64,000 nucleotides of DNA from an uncultured delta proteobacterium (GCA_963724765.1 CAVRVY010000004.1:736001-800000); one strand, 5' to 3'. Shown: positions 1 to 10,750, counted from the stretch's first letter. Program-made: numbers and translations. The notes: a model not told the origin generated them from the sequence alone.

Positions 1-2
1 TC

Positions 3-1094
3 CCCTTCGGCCGCTACTACGGCAGTATCGACTCGACGCCCTTGTTTCTGTGGCTTTATGGGCGCTGCGTCGCGACTACCGGAAACCTCGCGTTCGCCGA
101 TGCGCTATGGCCGAGCGTCGAGCGCGCGCTCGAGTGGATCGAACGATGGGGCGATCGCGATGGCGACGGATACGTCGAGTACATGCGCAAGACGCCCCAC
201 GGGCTCGCAAACCAGGGATGGAAAGATTCCTTCGACGCAATCTCGCACGCGAGCGGTGAATTGGCCACTGCGCCGATCGCACTTGCCGAAGTGCAGGGCT
301 ACGTCTACGCCGCCTACGTCAGCGTCGCGGACGTGGCGGCACGCCTTGGACGCAGTGGCGTTGCGTCACGCCTTGCCGAGCGGGCGGCATCGTTAAGAAA
401 AGCCTTCGTACGCGACTTCTGGCTGGAGCCGCAACGGACCGTCGCGCTCGCCCTGGATGCCGAGAAACAACCTTGCCGGGTAATGGCTTCGAACGCCGCG
501 CATTGCCTTGCGGCCGGCCTGCTGGACGCGGATCAGGCCGCCGCTCTGTCACAGCGACTTCTCGGGGACGACATGTTTTCGGGCTGGGGCATGCGAACGC
601 TCGGCGCCAACGAGCGCCGCTATAACCCGATGAGCTATCACAACGGATCGGTATGGCCGCACGACAACGCGATCGCGGCGGTGGGTCTCGCGCGGTATGA
701 TAATCGCATTGGCGCGCTCAGGATCCTCGAGGGTCTGTTCGACGCAGCCGTGCAACTGGAGACCGCAAGCCTGCCGGAGCTTTTCTGCGGCTTCCCGCGC
801 GAGCCTCGGCTTGGCCCGGTACCTTATCCTGTTGCCTGTTATCCGCAGGCATGGTCGGCCGCGAGCGTGTTCATGATCCTGCAAGCTGTACTGGGCCTCG
901 AGGTGATGGGCTTCGAGCGGCGAGTTTTGATCGATTCGCCTACGATTCCGCCCTGGCTCGAATGGCTGAGGATCGAAGATCTGAAAGTGGGGGACTGTTC
1001 GATTTCCTTGTTTCTGCGACGCACAGAAAACGGCACCACCGAGACTGAGATTCTGGAAAGGACCGGCTCGGTTACTGTCGAGGTCAAGAGATAA
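3..1094 (+). CDS. amylo-alpha-1,6-glucosidase / glycogen debranching enzyme family (GDE_C), 5'-truncated by window edge
   Basis: Frame is open from base 3 (PFGRYYGSIDSTPLFL). Family motifs NQGWKDS, YNPMSYHNGSVWPHDN, LPELFCG and YPVACxPQAWSA are present. Confidence 0.9.
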   Translation, partial: PFGRYYGSIDSTPLFLWLYGRCVATTGNLAFADALWPSVERALEWIERWGDRDGDGYVEYMRKTPHGLANQGWKDSFDAISHASGELATAPIALAEVQGYVYAAYVSVADVAARLGRSGVASRLAERAASLRKAFVRDFWLEPQRTVALALDAEKQPCRVMASNAAHCLAAGLLDADQAAALSQRLLGDDMFSGWGMRTLGANERRYNPMSYHNGSVWPHDNAIAAVGLARYDNRIGALRILEGLFDAAVQLETASLPELFCGFPREPRLGPVPYPVACYPQAWSAASVFMILQAVLGLEVMGFERRVLIDSPTIPPWLEWLRIEDLKVGDCSISLFLRRTENGTTETEILERTGSVTVEVKR

Positions 1095-1139
1095 TCTTCA
1101 CACATCGGCCGCGGCAACCTTCTTTCGCGGCCAAACCTG

Positions 1140-1787
1140 TTAGCCCGCAGCGTGGAGCATCTCGAGAATTATGTAAATCGGTGTAGAAGAGGATCGCGCT
1201 GCCATTGATACTGAACGCTCAAGGACTGGATAGGGATCAATTGGAACGCCCTCCCACCAGTGTTTTTGGGGTCCGAGCAGATAGATTGCGAAGTGTAGGT
1301 GAGGAGCAGCGGGGGAAACATCGCCGGTCGACCCAACGTATCCAATCACTTGACCTCGCGAAACGCGCATCCCCTCATGCAGCCCATCGGCATAGCGCTT
1401 CAAGTGAGCATAGTAATAACAGTACACGCTACCGGTGTCGAATTCGTAGATGGTGTTGCCGCCCGCTTTGCTTAAGAAGAGCTTCTCAATGGTACCGTCG
1501 ACGACTGCTCGTACCGGCGTGCCGGCGGGTTTCATGATGTCGATTGCCTGGTGACGGTGACCGTAGTGTGTTTCATCGAAGCTATCGCGTAGCTCGTAAG
1601 CCTTGACGCCCAGGATCGGCGGTGCGATGGCAGGTTCCCATGCTGCGCTCCCGGCTCTCTCGCCCGAAGCGTCGATCTGTTGCGCTTCCAACCCGATGGT
1701 CGCTTTGTGAAGCTTCTCGTTTGTTTGTTGTGTCAAGGCAGTTCTCGGACACACAAGCACTTGCAGGACAATGAATGCCAGCCCCAA
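1140..1787 (-). CDS. M23 family metallopeptidase, probably secreted
   Basis: HQAIDI (HxxxD), YYYAHL, IGYVGSTG and PHLHF (HxH) motifs; hydrophobic N-terminus. Confidence 0.88.
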   Translation of the reverse strand: MGLAFIVLQVLVCPRTALTQQTNEKLHKATIGLEAQQIDASGERAGSAAWEPAIAPPILGVKAYELRDSFDETHYGHRHQAIDIMKPAGTPVRAVVDGTIEKLFLSKAGGNTIYEFDTGSVYCYYYAHLKRYADGLHEGMRVSRGQVIGYVGSTGDVSPAAPHLHFAIYLLGPQKHWWEGVPIDPYPVLERSVSMAARSSSTPIYIILEMLHAAG

Positions 1788-2087
1788 TCGCGACCACTAT
1801 GAAACGAGCGAGCAATTGCTATACCGGAAACCGATTACGATCTATAGTTGCGCACTAATCCGTACTTTCAGCGTGGTGGAAGACAATCGTGTACAGAGTC
1901 TCTGCACATTTCGTAAGTTTTTCTCCGCTCTATTAGTCGCCCTTTCCGGTCTATGATTAAATGCAGGTATTATTTGCACTGTCATAGACCTGGATGCGTG
2001 AGGTAACAATGTCACGCCGAGGACTCCAAGTGTGTCTGCCGCGACAACCATGACCGCTTATCGGACGCGGCCGGCACAGTCTTATCG

Positions 2088-3236
2088 ATGATGTCCAAAC
2101 TGCGATCACAATGGGGCGCGGCGCCGTGGCAAAGACCAGCCTCGTTCGCCGTGGATAGAATTGCGCCGCTTGCGGTGTCCTCATCGACTCCTGACGTCGC
2201 GATCGTTGGTGGCGGACTGACCGGCGCATCAACTGCTTATCATCTGACCAAAATGGGAATCCGCGCGATCCTCTTCGAGGCCGGCCTGGTGGGCGATGGC
2301 GCCAGCGGAAGAACCGGCGGCCTAGTCCTCGAAGGTACCGCCGTTGGCATCCTCGATCGCGTCGGCGCGTGCGTGCCGGGCCTGAAAGGGTTGGTCGATG
2401 ATGAGGAAATCGATTGCGACCTGGTTCTTGCCGGATGCTGGGAAATCGAACATAAAAAAGTCGCGCCGGCGCGGATGCTGCCGTGGTCGGACGACGGCCG
2501 CCCGGTGAGTATCGCGCGGACAGTCACTGGTGGGGTAGTGCAACCGGCGGCATTGACGATCGGGATTGCGCGAGCTGCGGCGCAGCGCGGAGCGATCATC
2601 CGTGAGCAGTCACCCGTTACGCGAATCGTTCCGGGCCCGGAGTTATCCCTGGAAATCGGCGACACGCGAATCAGGCCGGGGCATATCGTCGTCGCCACCA
2701 ATGCGTGGATAAATGCGACGCTGCCGGACACCGCGCCGTTGCATAGCTCGCTAACCTTCGCATGTGCTACCGAACCCCTGGATCCCGCGTCGCTAGCCGC
2801 GATTGGACTGGGCGACGGCCTGCCATTTTACACCAGCGACATGCCCTATCTGTGGGGCCGCACGCTTCGCGATGGGCGGGTCATTTTCGGGGCCGGACTT
2901 GTCTATGGCAAGCCTTCCGAGCTCGAAGCCACAGACATTCACAAGGGCAGCTCTGGAGCGCTCCTGGACCGATTGCGGGCGCGCGTGCGCCGACTGCATC
3001 CCGCGCTGCACGAGACGCGCTTCGAGGCAGCGTGGGCGGGGCCGATCGCTTTTGCGCAGGATGCGATCCCGCTCCTGGGGTCGCATCCGGCGAACCCACG
3101 CGTGCTGGTGTCCGGCGGATACGCGGGCCACGGTGTCGCACTCAGCGTGCGCGCAGGCGAACTCCTCGCTCTGGCGATCGGAGAGAGTGTCCCGCTCCCC
3201 GAGTGGGGTTCGCTGTCGCGTGCTGCCCTCGGCTAG
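2088..3236 (+). CDS. FAD-dependent oxidoreductase (DAO/PuuB-like)
   Basis: Rossmann motif DVAIVGGGLTG, then GASGRTGG, VVATNA and a C-terminal GYAGHG. Confidence 0.85.
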   Translation: MMSKLRSQWGAAPWQRPASFAVDRIAPLAVSSSTPDVAIVGGGLTGASTAYHLTKMGIRAILFEAGLVGDGASGRTGGLVLEGTAVGILDRVGACVPGLKGLVDDEEIDCDLVLAGCWEIEHKKVAPARMLPWSDDGRPVSIARTVTGGVVQPAALTIGIARAAAQRGAIIREQSPVTRIVPGPELSLEIGDTRIRPGHIVVATNAWINATLPDTAPLHSSLTFACATEPLDPASLAAIGLGDGLPFYTSDMPYLWGRTLRDGRVIFGAGLVYGKPSELEATDIHKGSSGALLDRLRARVRRLHPALHETRFEAAWAGPIAFAQDAIPLLGSHPANPRVLVSGGYAGHGVALSVRAGELLALAIGESVPLPEWGSLSRAALG

Positions 3237-3244
3237 GTCACCAC

Positions 3245-3763
3245 TCAGGGTCGAGGAGGCCGGCTTCCTTCGTAATGCAGGCTCAGACCTTCGATGCCGG
3301 CAGCCACGTTCAAGCCGTTTTGACCCTGGACTGACACCGGCTGCAGTGCGATAGATTTATGAAAGCCGCCGAGCAAGACATTCGCGCCGCCACCTACTCC
3401 CAGGGCCACACTCGCCTGCGCACCGCCGTAGTCTCCCGCCAGCGCGCCAGTACCCAGATCAGTTGTCGGAGCGGCAACAGCCCACAGAATCACAGCTGAC
3501 TGCAAATAGCCAATGTCCGCGCCGAACTTGGAAATGGTACCGGTATAGTATTCGGTTCGATGTTTAGTCGATGTATATGTACAGTGAATGCTATGCGACG
3601 AGCCGATGATGAAACCCCATCCAGCGGCCTCATGACAGGTAAGATAGCCCGTTTTGACTGTCATCTTTCCGGCTGCATACGCGGGCATCGCCGATAGAAT
3701 CAAAAGTAATAGCGCGGGCACCGTGACCATAGTCAAATTCTTGTTTTTCACTGAGCACTCCAT
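3245..3763 (-). CDS. DUF992 domain secreted protein
   Basis: Signal peptide ending AYA-A, then GYLTC...WGFIIGSS...C, GADIG, W-AV-AP, GxGANVLLGG and LQPVSVQGQxGLNVAAG, typical of DUF992. Confidence 0.8.
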   Translation of the reverse strand: MECSVKNKNLTMVTVPALLLLILSAMPAYAAGKMTVKTGYLTCHEAAGWGFIIGSSHSIHCTYTSTKHRTEYYTGTISKFGADIGYLQSAVILWAVAAPTTDLGTGALAGDYGGAQASVALGVGGGANVLLGGFHKSIALQPVSVQGQNGLNVAAGIEGLSLHYEGSRPPRP

Positions 3764-3799
3764 TGCATAGTTCCGCTTTCGACAAGCCTTGTGTCGTAA

Positions 3800-4135
3800 C
3801 TACGGATTAGTGGTAGTCGTCGTTGTCGTAGACGACCCCGGCGCTCCGTTGTTCCAGGTAGTCGTACTCTGGTTCTGGACCTGACCATCGACAGATCTGG
3901 TCGTCCTTTTCTCCTCCACGGTTCCATTACCCCAGCTGGTTGAGGTAGTTGTTTGGCTCGCATCCGAGGCGGGCGCGACTACGACGGGAGCCGGAACTTG
4001 CACAACGGGAGGTGGTACTTGCACCACGGGGGCAGGCACCGTGTCCACCTCCTTGGTGCTGGAGAAACATCCGGCAAACATGCCGCCGATGGCGAGCGAT
4101 ATCACCAAGGAGCCAAAACGTGTATATAAACGCAT
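3800..4135 (-). CDS. hypothetical lipoprotein, Pro/Val- and Thr-rich
   Basis: GAGGTG RBS before ATG 4135; lipobox FAGC; VPAPVVQ/VPPPVVQ/VPAPVVV repeats; Thr-rich tail. Confidence 0.7.
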   Translation of the reverse strand: MRLYTRFGSLVISLAIGGMFAGCFSSTKEVDTVPAPVVQVPPPVVQVPAPVVVAPASDASQTTTSTSWGNGTVEEKRTTRSVDGQVQNQSTTTWNNGAPGSSTTTTTTTNP

Positions 4136-4278
4136 AGCCTTCATCACCTCTTTCGAAGTTTTAACCAAGCGCGACAAGTTGCAGCAATCGTCGTGCCATA
4201 TTATTGTTCTCCCAATTCGCCTACGGCACAAATCTGTATTACCAATTCCAATAAAAGGTCGGTCCGCCAGTTTTGTGC

Positions 4279-4674
4279 CTATTCTCCCGGGCGCGCTGGG
4301 ATAGCGGCAAAATTCCCGGGATTTTCAGCCATGGCTGACTTAATGTCGGGGTGCGCCTGGAAGAATGCGTTGAGATCCGGATGACCCTTTAAGTAAAGCG
4401 GATCGTTTATCAGGGACGGCCGATACGCTAGCGTGTGTGCAATTCCAGCATGCGCGTCGGCAAAGTTTTCCCACGTCCGGAGGCGAGCGGTGTCAATGTC
4501 GCGACTGTCCGCGGGCTCGAATATGATCGTGGTATTGCCTCTTTGAACTGCGCCCAGGGGCTTCGCGCCTTGCGTTTGCGATTGAACGACTACCGTCCGG
4601 CTGTCTTGTCCAGCCACAGGCATCGTAAGAACCAGGCTGAATCCGATAGCAAACGCGAGTGCTGTCAAACGCAT
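4279..4674 (-). CDS. secreted hypothetical protein (HPxL/NPGNF motif; paralog of 24584..25003)
   Basis: AGAGGAG RBS, signal peptide, and conserved C-terminal motifs shared with the 24584 ORF. Confidence 0.7.
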   Translation of the reverse strand: MRLTALAFAIGFSLVLTMPVAGQDSRTVVVQSQTQGAKPLGAVQRGNTTIIFEPADSRDIDTARLRTWENFADAHAGIAHTLAYRPSLINDPLYLKGHPDLNAFFQAHPDIKSAMAENPGNFAAIPARPGE

Positions 4675-5022
4675 ATGTCTCTCCTCTGCAAAGTCACTTT
4701 CCATTACTCAAGTCTGCGCGACGGAAAACACACTTCCAATAGCCGCTGCCGATCAAGCGATTTGACGAGCAAGCAATATGCCAATCATTGAAGAAGAGTC
4801 GCGGGGATAGCAGATCGACGCGACTGCCCTCTATAGCTGCGAATTTAGCGACCTTACACCGAGAGCGAGACGGACGCATGCCTGTCACCGTCTTGCCGCG
4901 AGAAGGCTCTCTTTGGGAACTTTTCTAATGTTTTAGTGTTTAATGGAATAATCGGGGGGTGAGTTCTTCAAACTTCTTCCTGCTTTTGCACCGAGCCCGC
5001 CCCTCCAAGAGGAATCACCGAA

Positions 5023-5068
5023 TAACTTCCGGCCGGGATCGAGAGTAACTTCCGGCCCGGATCGAAAA
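5023..5068. repeat. 23-bp tandem direct repeat, 2 copies
   Basis: taacttccggccgggatcgagag followed by taacttccggcccggatcgaaaa (3 mismatches). Confidence 0.8.
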
Positions 5069-5108
5069 GTCTTGAGCAGCTCGCTGTACATTATTGCAAT
5101 TAGCCGCT

Positions 5109-6980
5109 TCACTGCCGTTTGCGCAGATACCAGGGCACATTGACGATCACGATTCGGTGCGCACCCTGCAGCAGTAAACGAGCCGCGAGAATTCGGGCGC
5201 GCTGGTTGTGAAGGAAGTATTGGTACCACTGTCGCTCGACGAGCTCTGGCAGCAGCACCGCGACCGTGCGACCCGGATTGCTCCGCTCGACCTTCAGGAC
5301 ATGATCGAGAATCGGCTGCACCACGAATCGAAAGGGCGACTTGAGCACCGTAAGTCGCGGGATCGGCTGTCGCGCCTCAGACGCCGGCTGTTCCACGCAC
5401 GATGGCCAAATCTGTTTGAGCGAGTCTGCACTGTCTTCGCTTTCGATATGTAGCACCTCGACCTCGCGCGACAGCGTAATCGCGAACCGCAGGGCGTTCT
5501 CTGCGATTGAATTCCACTCAAGAATCGGCACTATCACGAGCGGTTCCTGCAAACCCTTGAGCTGCAGGTCGCCGGGCCTGCTTTCTCTTTCGATTCTTCG
5601 ATAGTGACGCCGGACCGCGAGCATCAACGCCACCATCGACGGCACCAGCAGCACTACGATCCAGGCCCCGGCCATGAACTTGACGACGGCAACCACCACT
5701 ACCGTGACGGCGGTGGCGGATGCACCCAGCGCGTTTACTGCCATGCTGCCGAGCGCACCGCGCTCGTGGCTCTTGCGCCAGTGCGCGACCATCCCGCTCT
5801 GCGACAAGGTAAAAGCCAGAAATGCTCCGACCGCGAACAGCGGAATCAACCGGTCGGTGACCCCGTCGAACACGAGCAGCAAAATCCCGGAAAGGAGGGC
5901 GAGCAGCCAGATACCCTCCGAATAGACCAGCCGCCGGCCCTGGTTCGTGAACGAGTAGGGCAGATAGCCGTCCTCGGCGACCGCGCGGCAAAGTCTCGGA
6001 AAATCGGCAAACGAAGTATTCGCGGACAGACACAGCACCAGCAGAATCGAAACGATGCTGACCCAGTAAAAGATTCCCCGCCCGGCGACCGCCCCAATCA
6101 ATTCAGACAACACGCTCTGGTATTGCGGTGTTCCAGGGTCGGTCGCGCCGATGTGGTAGGCGCGCGCGAGGTATGCGATGCCGAGCAGCAGAATCATCAG
6201 GATCACAATGATCATTGTGAGGGAGCGGCGTGCGGCCTGTACCACCGGCTCGCGAAACGCCTGAACGCCGTTGCTCACCGCCTCGACGCCCGTCATCGCC
6301 GTACAGCCGCTCGCGAACGCGCGCAACAGTATCCACGCGCTTACGCCCTCGGCCGCCTTGGCGAGATGCGCCGGGGCGAGCACGGGCTGCGGATGCCCGC
6401 CCGAGGAAATCGTCGCGAACACGCCCCACACCACAGTCGCGCCGAGGCTCAGCGTGAAGATGCAGGTAGGCAGCATGAACAGCGCGCCGGCCTCGCCGAT
6501 TCCGCGCATATTGACGAAGGTCAACAGAATCAGAATGCCAAGGCATAGCGGAAGCGTGTAAGGCTGAAGACCTGGGACGGCCGAAATCAGCGCGCCGACC
6601 CCGGCGGAAATTCCGACCGCGACATTCAGCACATAGTCTGTCATCAGGGCCGCGGCGGCCAGCAAACCGGCATTCGCGCCAAGATTTTCGCGTGCGACCG
6701 TATAGGAGCCGCCGCCTTTCGGATATGCCGCGATGGTCTGACGGTAACTGATGTAGACGACGCCGAGCAAAATGACGATCGCCGCAGTGATCGGAAAGAT
6801 GAACGTCAATCCCGCCGAGCCAAGCGGCAGCAGTACGGTCAGTGCCGCCTCGGGACCATATGCGGCGGAACTGAGTGCATCGAGTCCGAAGGTCGGCACG
6901 CCGGCGGCCGAACCGATGCGTTGCGCGCCCGCTTCCCTGGAGGCGAGCGGGCGGCCAAGAATCGTATTGATCAGTGACAT
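5109..6980 (-). CDS. APC family permease, KimA/YdaO-like (putative K+ importer)
   Basis: GLDALSSAAYGPE, SYRQTIAAYPxGGGSY, GCTAMTGVEAVSNG and a cytoplasmic C-terminal domain (SPFR...LHNQ). Confidence 0.85.
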   Translation of the reverse strand: MSLINTILGRPLASREAGAQRIGSAAGVPTFGLDALSSAAYGPEAALTVLLPLGSAGLTFIFPITAAIVILLGVVYISYRQTIAAYPKGGGSYTVARENLGANAGLLAAAALMTDYVLNVAVGISAGVGALISAVPGLQPYTLPLCLGILILLTFVNMRGIGEAGALFMLPTCIFTLSLGATVVWGVFATISSGGHPQPVLAPAHLAKAAEGVSAWILLRAFASGCTAMTGVEAVSNGVQAFREPVVQAARRSLTMIIVILMILLLGIAYLARAYHIGATDPGTPQYQSVLSELIGAVAGRGIFYWVSIVSILLVLCLSANTSFADFPRLCRAVAEDGYLPYSFTNQGRRLVYSEGIWLLALLSGILLLVFDGVTDRLIPLFAVGAFLAFTLSQSGMVAHWRKSHERGALGSMAVNALGASATAVTVVVVAVVKFMAGAWIVVLLVPSMVALMLAVRRHYRRIERESRPGDLQLKGLQEPLVIVPILEWNSIAENALRFAITLSREVEVLHIESEDSADSLKQIWPSCVEQPASEARQPIPRLTVLKSPFRFVVQPILDHVLKVERSNPGRTVAVLLPELVERQWYQYFLHNQRARILAARLLLQGAHRIVIVNVPWYLRKRQ

Positions 6981-7359
6981 TTTGCAGTCGTGGGTTTCGC
7001 GGGGTGATGCTCGATTTATTTTATACTAACCGAACCTTTCTACAACGCAGCTGCGTTCAGAATTATGAGTCCACCAGGAGGACACACGTGCGTGGCTCTA
7101 CGAGAATCTAAGCGACCCTGCTGGCCCCGCAATTGCTGTACTAAGGTGCCTGATACATGGCCGCGTAACAATTACATCAGGCGGAATGACAAAATGAACT
7201 GATGATCGAATTCGCGGGAATTTAAAACAAGTTGGCGGTGCGTTTAATTCCACCATTGCTCGACTGCTGCAAATCGCAGCGCCTAAACAACCGGCGTCGC
7301 ATGCACAATAAAGGCGGCGCAATACTTGAAAGTGGCACTAGATCCACCCGGACCGGAAT

Positions 7360-8789
7360 ATGAGTCGTCACCGGCGCTTAAAGCCCGCTGCGCCTGTGCA
7401 TATGACCGGGATAACAAAGGTGGTGCGCGCCTTGATCGTACTAGTTGGCCTGGTAGCGCCATTCGGCTGCGGCACGATCCCGAACGCGCAAGCGCTGCTC
7501 ATTTCGAAGGTTCTTTACCTCGAGAATCCCGAATTCACGGGACCCCGCGGTCCACTGACCCAGGAACAGGGACATCGGATCATTCAGCGCCTTGAGGAAC
7601 GCCAGAAGACGCAGAGCGATATTCTGCAACGCCATCTCGCCTTCGAACAGGCACTCAGCGATATTCCGCTCGTAATCGGCAACAAGGTAACCCTCCTGGA
7701 AAACAGCGCCGCGACATATCGCGCGATGCTGGCGGCGATTCGCGATGCCCATGACAGCATCAATATCGACATGTACACATTTTCCGACGGCCCGGTCGGA
7801 CAAATGTTCGCCGACGCGCTAATCGAGCGGCAGCGCCATGGGGTTCAGGTGAATCTCATGTACGACAGTCTCGGCTCATTCCTAACGTCGGACGCCTTCT
7901 TCGACCGCCTGCGGCACAATGGAGTCGCAGTGCTGCAGTATCGTCCGGTGAACCCATTTGAGGCGGGGCTACATTGGTCGTTTAGCCATCGGAACCATCG
8001 CAAGATGCTCATCGTTGACGGTCGCATAGCCTTCACCGGAGGCATCAATATCTCCGAGGTTTACGCCAGCGGTCTGGGCAACCGGGAGAAAAGCGCGCCA
8101 CTGGAATATTGGCGCGACACCGAGTCGAGCTCGGGGGCCCGGTGGTGGCGGAATTTCAGCGGCTATTCATCAGCGAATGGTACTATCAGAAAGGTCCCCC
8201 GCTCAGTCAACGCAACTACTTTCCACAGTTGAACGCGCAGGGGGACCAGATTGTGCGAATGATCGCCAGCGTGCCGGAACGATTCAGCTTGATTTATGTA
8301 AGTTTAATTTCAGCGATAGTTAATTCCGAAACGAATATATATATCACTGACGCCTATTTCGCACCGGATCGACAAATGCTGCACGCGCTCGAGAACGCCG
8401 CGCGACGCGGTGTTGACGTGCGGCTGATGCTTCCGAGCCAAAGCGACGTTCCAATGATCGTATCGGCCGAGCGTTCCGATTATCAGGCATTGCTCAACGC
8501 TGGCATCAAGATCTACGAATGGCGGGGTGAGATGTTACATGCGAAGACTGCGACAATCGATGGCGTGTGGTCAACGGTCGGCACATCGAATCTCGATTGG
8601 TGGAGTATTGCGCGCGATAACGAGGTGAACGCGATCATCCTCAGCCATTCATTCGGCGACGAAATGAATCGGATGTTCAGAAGTGATATGGAGAACTCCA
8701 GGCAAATCGACCCCGCTCAGTGGAAACGTCGAGGACTGTGCGAGCGCCTTGATGAAACGGCCGCGCGGATGATCGAACCGTTGCTGTGA
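7360..8789 (+). pseudogene. cls: cardiolipin synthase, split by a 1-bp frameshift
   Basis: First HKD motif (RNHRKMLIVDG) in ORF 7360..8232 and second (LHAKTATIDG) in ORF 8109..8789. Adding one base between 8123 and 8124 restores WRDTxVELGGP. Could be a sequencing error. Confidence 0.85.
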
Positions 8790-8887
8790 TTGGCCAACGG
8801 CCAGGAAAAGAACGGACCGCATTAACGCCTCCACGTCAGGTTCGTCCAACTTATCGAGCATCACTTAGAGCGCGAGTTGTGCGACTC

Positions 8888-10750
8888 TCAAGCGCCGTCG
8901 GTGTGTCTGCGCACCGTGACAAGAGTTTCCAAAATCGTGGAAAGCTCCACCGGATCCACCGGCTTGATCGCGTGGGTGTCAAAGCCGGCCATCAAAATTT
9001 GAACCTTATCCTCGACACGGCCGTAAGCGGTCAGCGCAACCAGGGGCAAGCGGCCATCCCTGCCTGTATGCTTCTCCCATTTGCGTAGTTCCCGAGCCAG
9101 AAAGTAACCATCCCGCACCGGCATCCCTATATCCGAAATGACAGCGTCGGGATGCAACGTCTCCAGCATCGCCAGCGCCGCTTGCGCCGAAGTCGCCGCG
9201 GCCACGCTTGCTCCTAACGAGCCGAGAAGATTCTTCAATGCATCGCAGGCGCCAGGATCGTCATCGACAACGAGAATAGAGAGCCCGTCAAGTCGCGGCG
9301 CGCTGGCCGGGTTCGCTGTCTGAGTCACGGTCGGATGACGACGGGGCGGCGAGGAAGGGATAGGACTGACGGGTAGCGGAAGTCTCACCGTAAATGTGCT
9401 CCCCTTGTCGGACCCCTCGCTGTGCGCCGTAACCGTGCCTCCGTGTAGGCTCGTGATCTCCTTGACTATCGACAAGCCAAGACCGACTCCGTGTTTGCTT
9501 TGACCTGAGCCATCCGCCTGCCAAAAGCGATCGAATACGGAACTCAGGACGGCGGGTTCGATACCCTGTCCCGTGTCGGCCACGATGATTTCGACATGCG
9601 AGTTTATCCGCTCCACGCGGACCTGAATTTTGCCGCCCTTTGGAGTGAACTTGACGGCATTGGAGACCAGGTTCCAGATCACCTGCTGAAGGCGCCCGGG
9701 ATCGCCGGCGATGGAGTCGACGCGCGGATCAATAATCTCTTGCAGCGTGAGGGATTTGGCCTCAGCCGCGACCCGGATGCTTTCGACTCCTGCTCTCACC
9801 ACTTCGGCGAGATCGACCGTCTGAACGTCGAGGCGCATCCGTCCGCTTTCTATCCGGGAAATGTCGAGCAGGTCTTCGATCAATCGAGCTTGAGCTCTGA
9901 CCGCCCGCTCGATGGCGGTCATTCCTCGGCGCGCGTTTTCGCCGAGCGCGGGGTCCCGAAGTAAGGCTGCGGACCAGAGCATTATCGAATTTAGCGGGGT
10001 CCTCAATTCGTGAGATACAGTCCCGATGAAATTGTCCTTGGCTCGACTCGCCTTCTCTGCCTTGTCGCTCGCCTCTTCTGCTTCGCGCCTCGCGCTTTCT
10101 GCGGTATTCAACGCCTGACTAAGCTGCTCGGTCGCCAGTTGAATCTCACGCCAACCCCAATAGCTCAAAAAGACCATCACGACAGCGGTCAGAAGAGGGA
10201 TCAGCCCAAAAACCACGTCGTACTCGGCCTTTTGGTGTGCGACTCTTCGGCTACGAAGCTGACGCTCAACGGCGATGAAATTTTCGAGCGATTTGAGTAC
10301 TGCCTCGGCTCGGATTTGTGTCTCCGCAAGGGCCTCTTTAGTGAATTGCCCGCCGGCTCTTTGAATTATCAGGGAATCTATCGCCTTGGTCCATGTTCCC
10401 TTCAGATCGTAGATCTCACGGACGCGCTGCTCCTGGGCTGGGTTGTCGGCGACCAAAGCCGCAACTGTGGTGATATTTTTTCCAAGCGCGTCGCGAGCGT
10501 CGCTAAGCTCAGTCAGGGATGCCTTATCGGACGTCAACAGGTACCCGCGAAGGGCTGCCTGCATTTCGCGCAATTCAAGTTCGGCGTCCTTGATGCGCAG
10601 GATTACCTGATCGCTATGTTCTATCCAGCCAGTAATCGAGGCTTGGTTCTGGAAACGCGAAAGCACGATAGCTGCCAGTGCGGACAGCGCGATGATGAAC
10701 GGGACAAAATAGCTGACGGCAAGATTCCGTTTAAACGCGCGATAGGGCAA
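8888..10750 (-). CDS. hybrid sensor histidine kinase (CHASE3-HisKA-HATPase-REC)
   Basis: Two TM segments around a CHASE3-like region (LRGYLLT, LVADNPAQ); H-box SHELRTP; NAVKFT, DTGxGI and GLGL boxes; receiver VDDD..SDIGMP..TAYG..KP. Confidence 0.92.
   Translation of the reverse strand: MPYRAFKRNLAVSYFVPFIIALSALAAIVLSRFQNQASITGWIEHSDQVILRIKDAELELREMQAALRGYLLTSDKASLTELSDARDALGKNITTVAALVADNPAQEQRVREIYDLKGTWTKAIDSLIIQRAGGQFTKEALAETQIRAEAVLKSLENFIAVERQLRSRRVAHQKAEYDVVFGLIPLLTAVVMVFLSYWGWREIQLATEQLSQALNTAESARREAEEASDKAEKASRAKDNFIGTVSHELRTPLNSIMLWSAALLRDPALGENARRGMTAIERAVRAQARLIEDLLDISRIESGRMRLDVQTVDLAEVVRAGVESIRVAAEAKSLTLQEIIDPRVDSIAGDPGRLQQVIWNLVSNAVKFTPKGGKIQVRVERINSHVEIIVADTGQGIEPAVLSSVFDRFWQADGSGQSKHGVGLGLSIVKEITSLHGGTVTAHSEGSDKGSTFTVRLPLPVSPIPSSPPRRHPTVTQTANPASAPRLDGLSILVVDDDPGACDALKNLLGSLGASVAAATSAQAALAMLETLHPDAVISDIGMPVRDGYFLARELRKWEKHTGRDGRLPLVALTAYGRVEDKVQILMAGFDTHAIKPVDPVELSTILETLVTVRRHTDGA

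Noticed and set aside
2088-3236. Glycine oxidase ThiO completing the thi operon
   Set aside because: It is 40 kb away, in a different context, and its motifs (GASGRTGG, GYAGHG) fit PuuB-like oxidases better.
6981-7330. c-di-AMP (ydaO) riboswitch upstream of the KimA-like gene
   Set aside because: I could not find the conserved GCTGAA, GGGGA/CCC or CCCGTCAGCTAAC elements on the minus strand.
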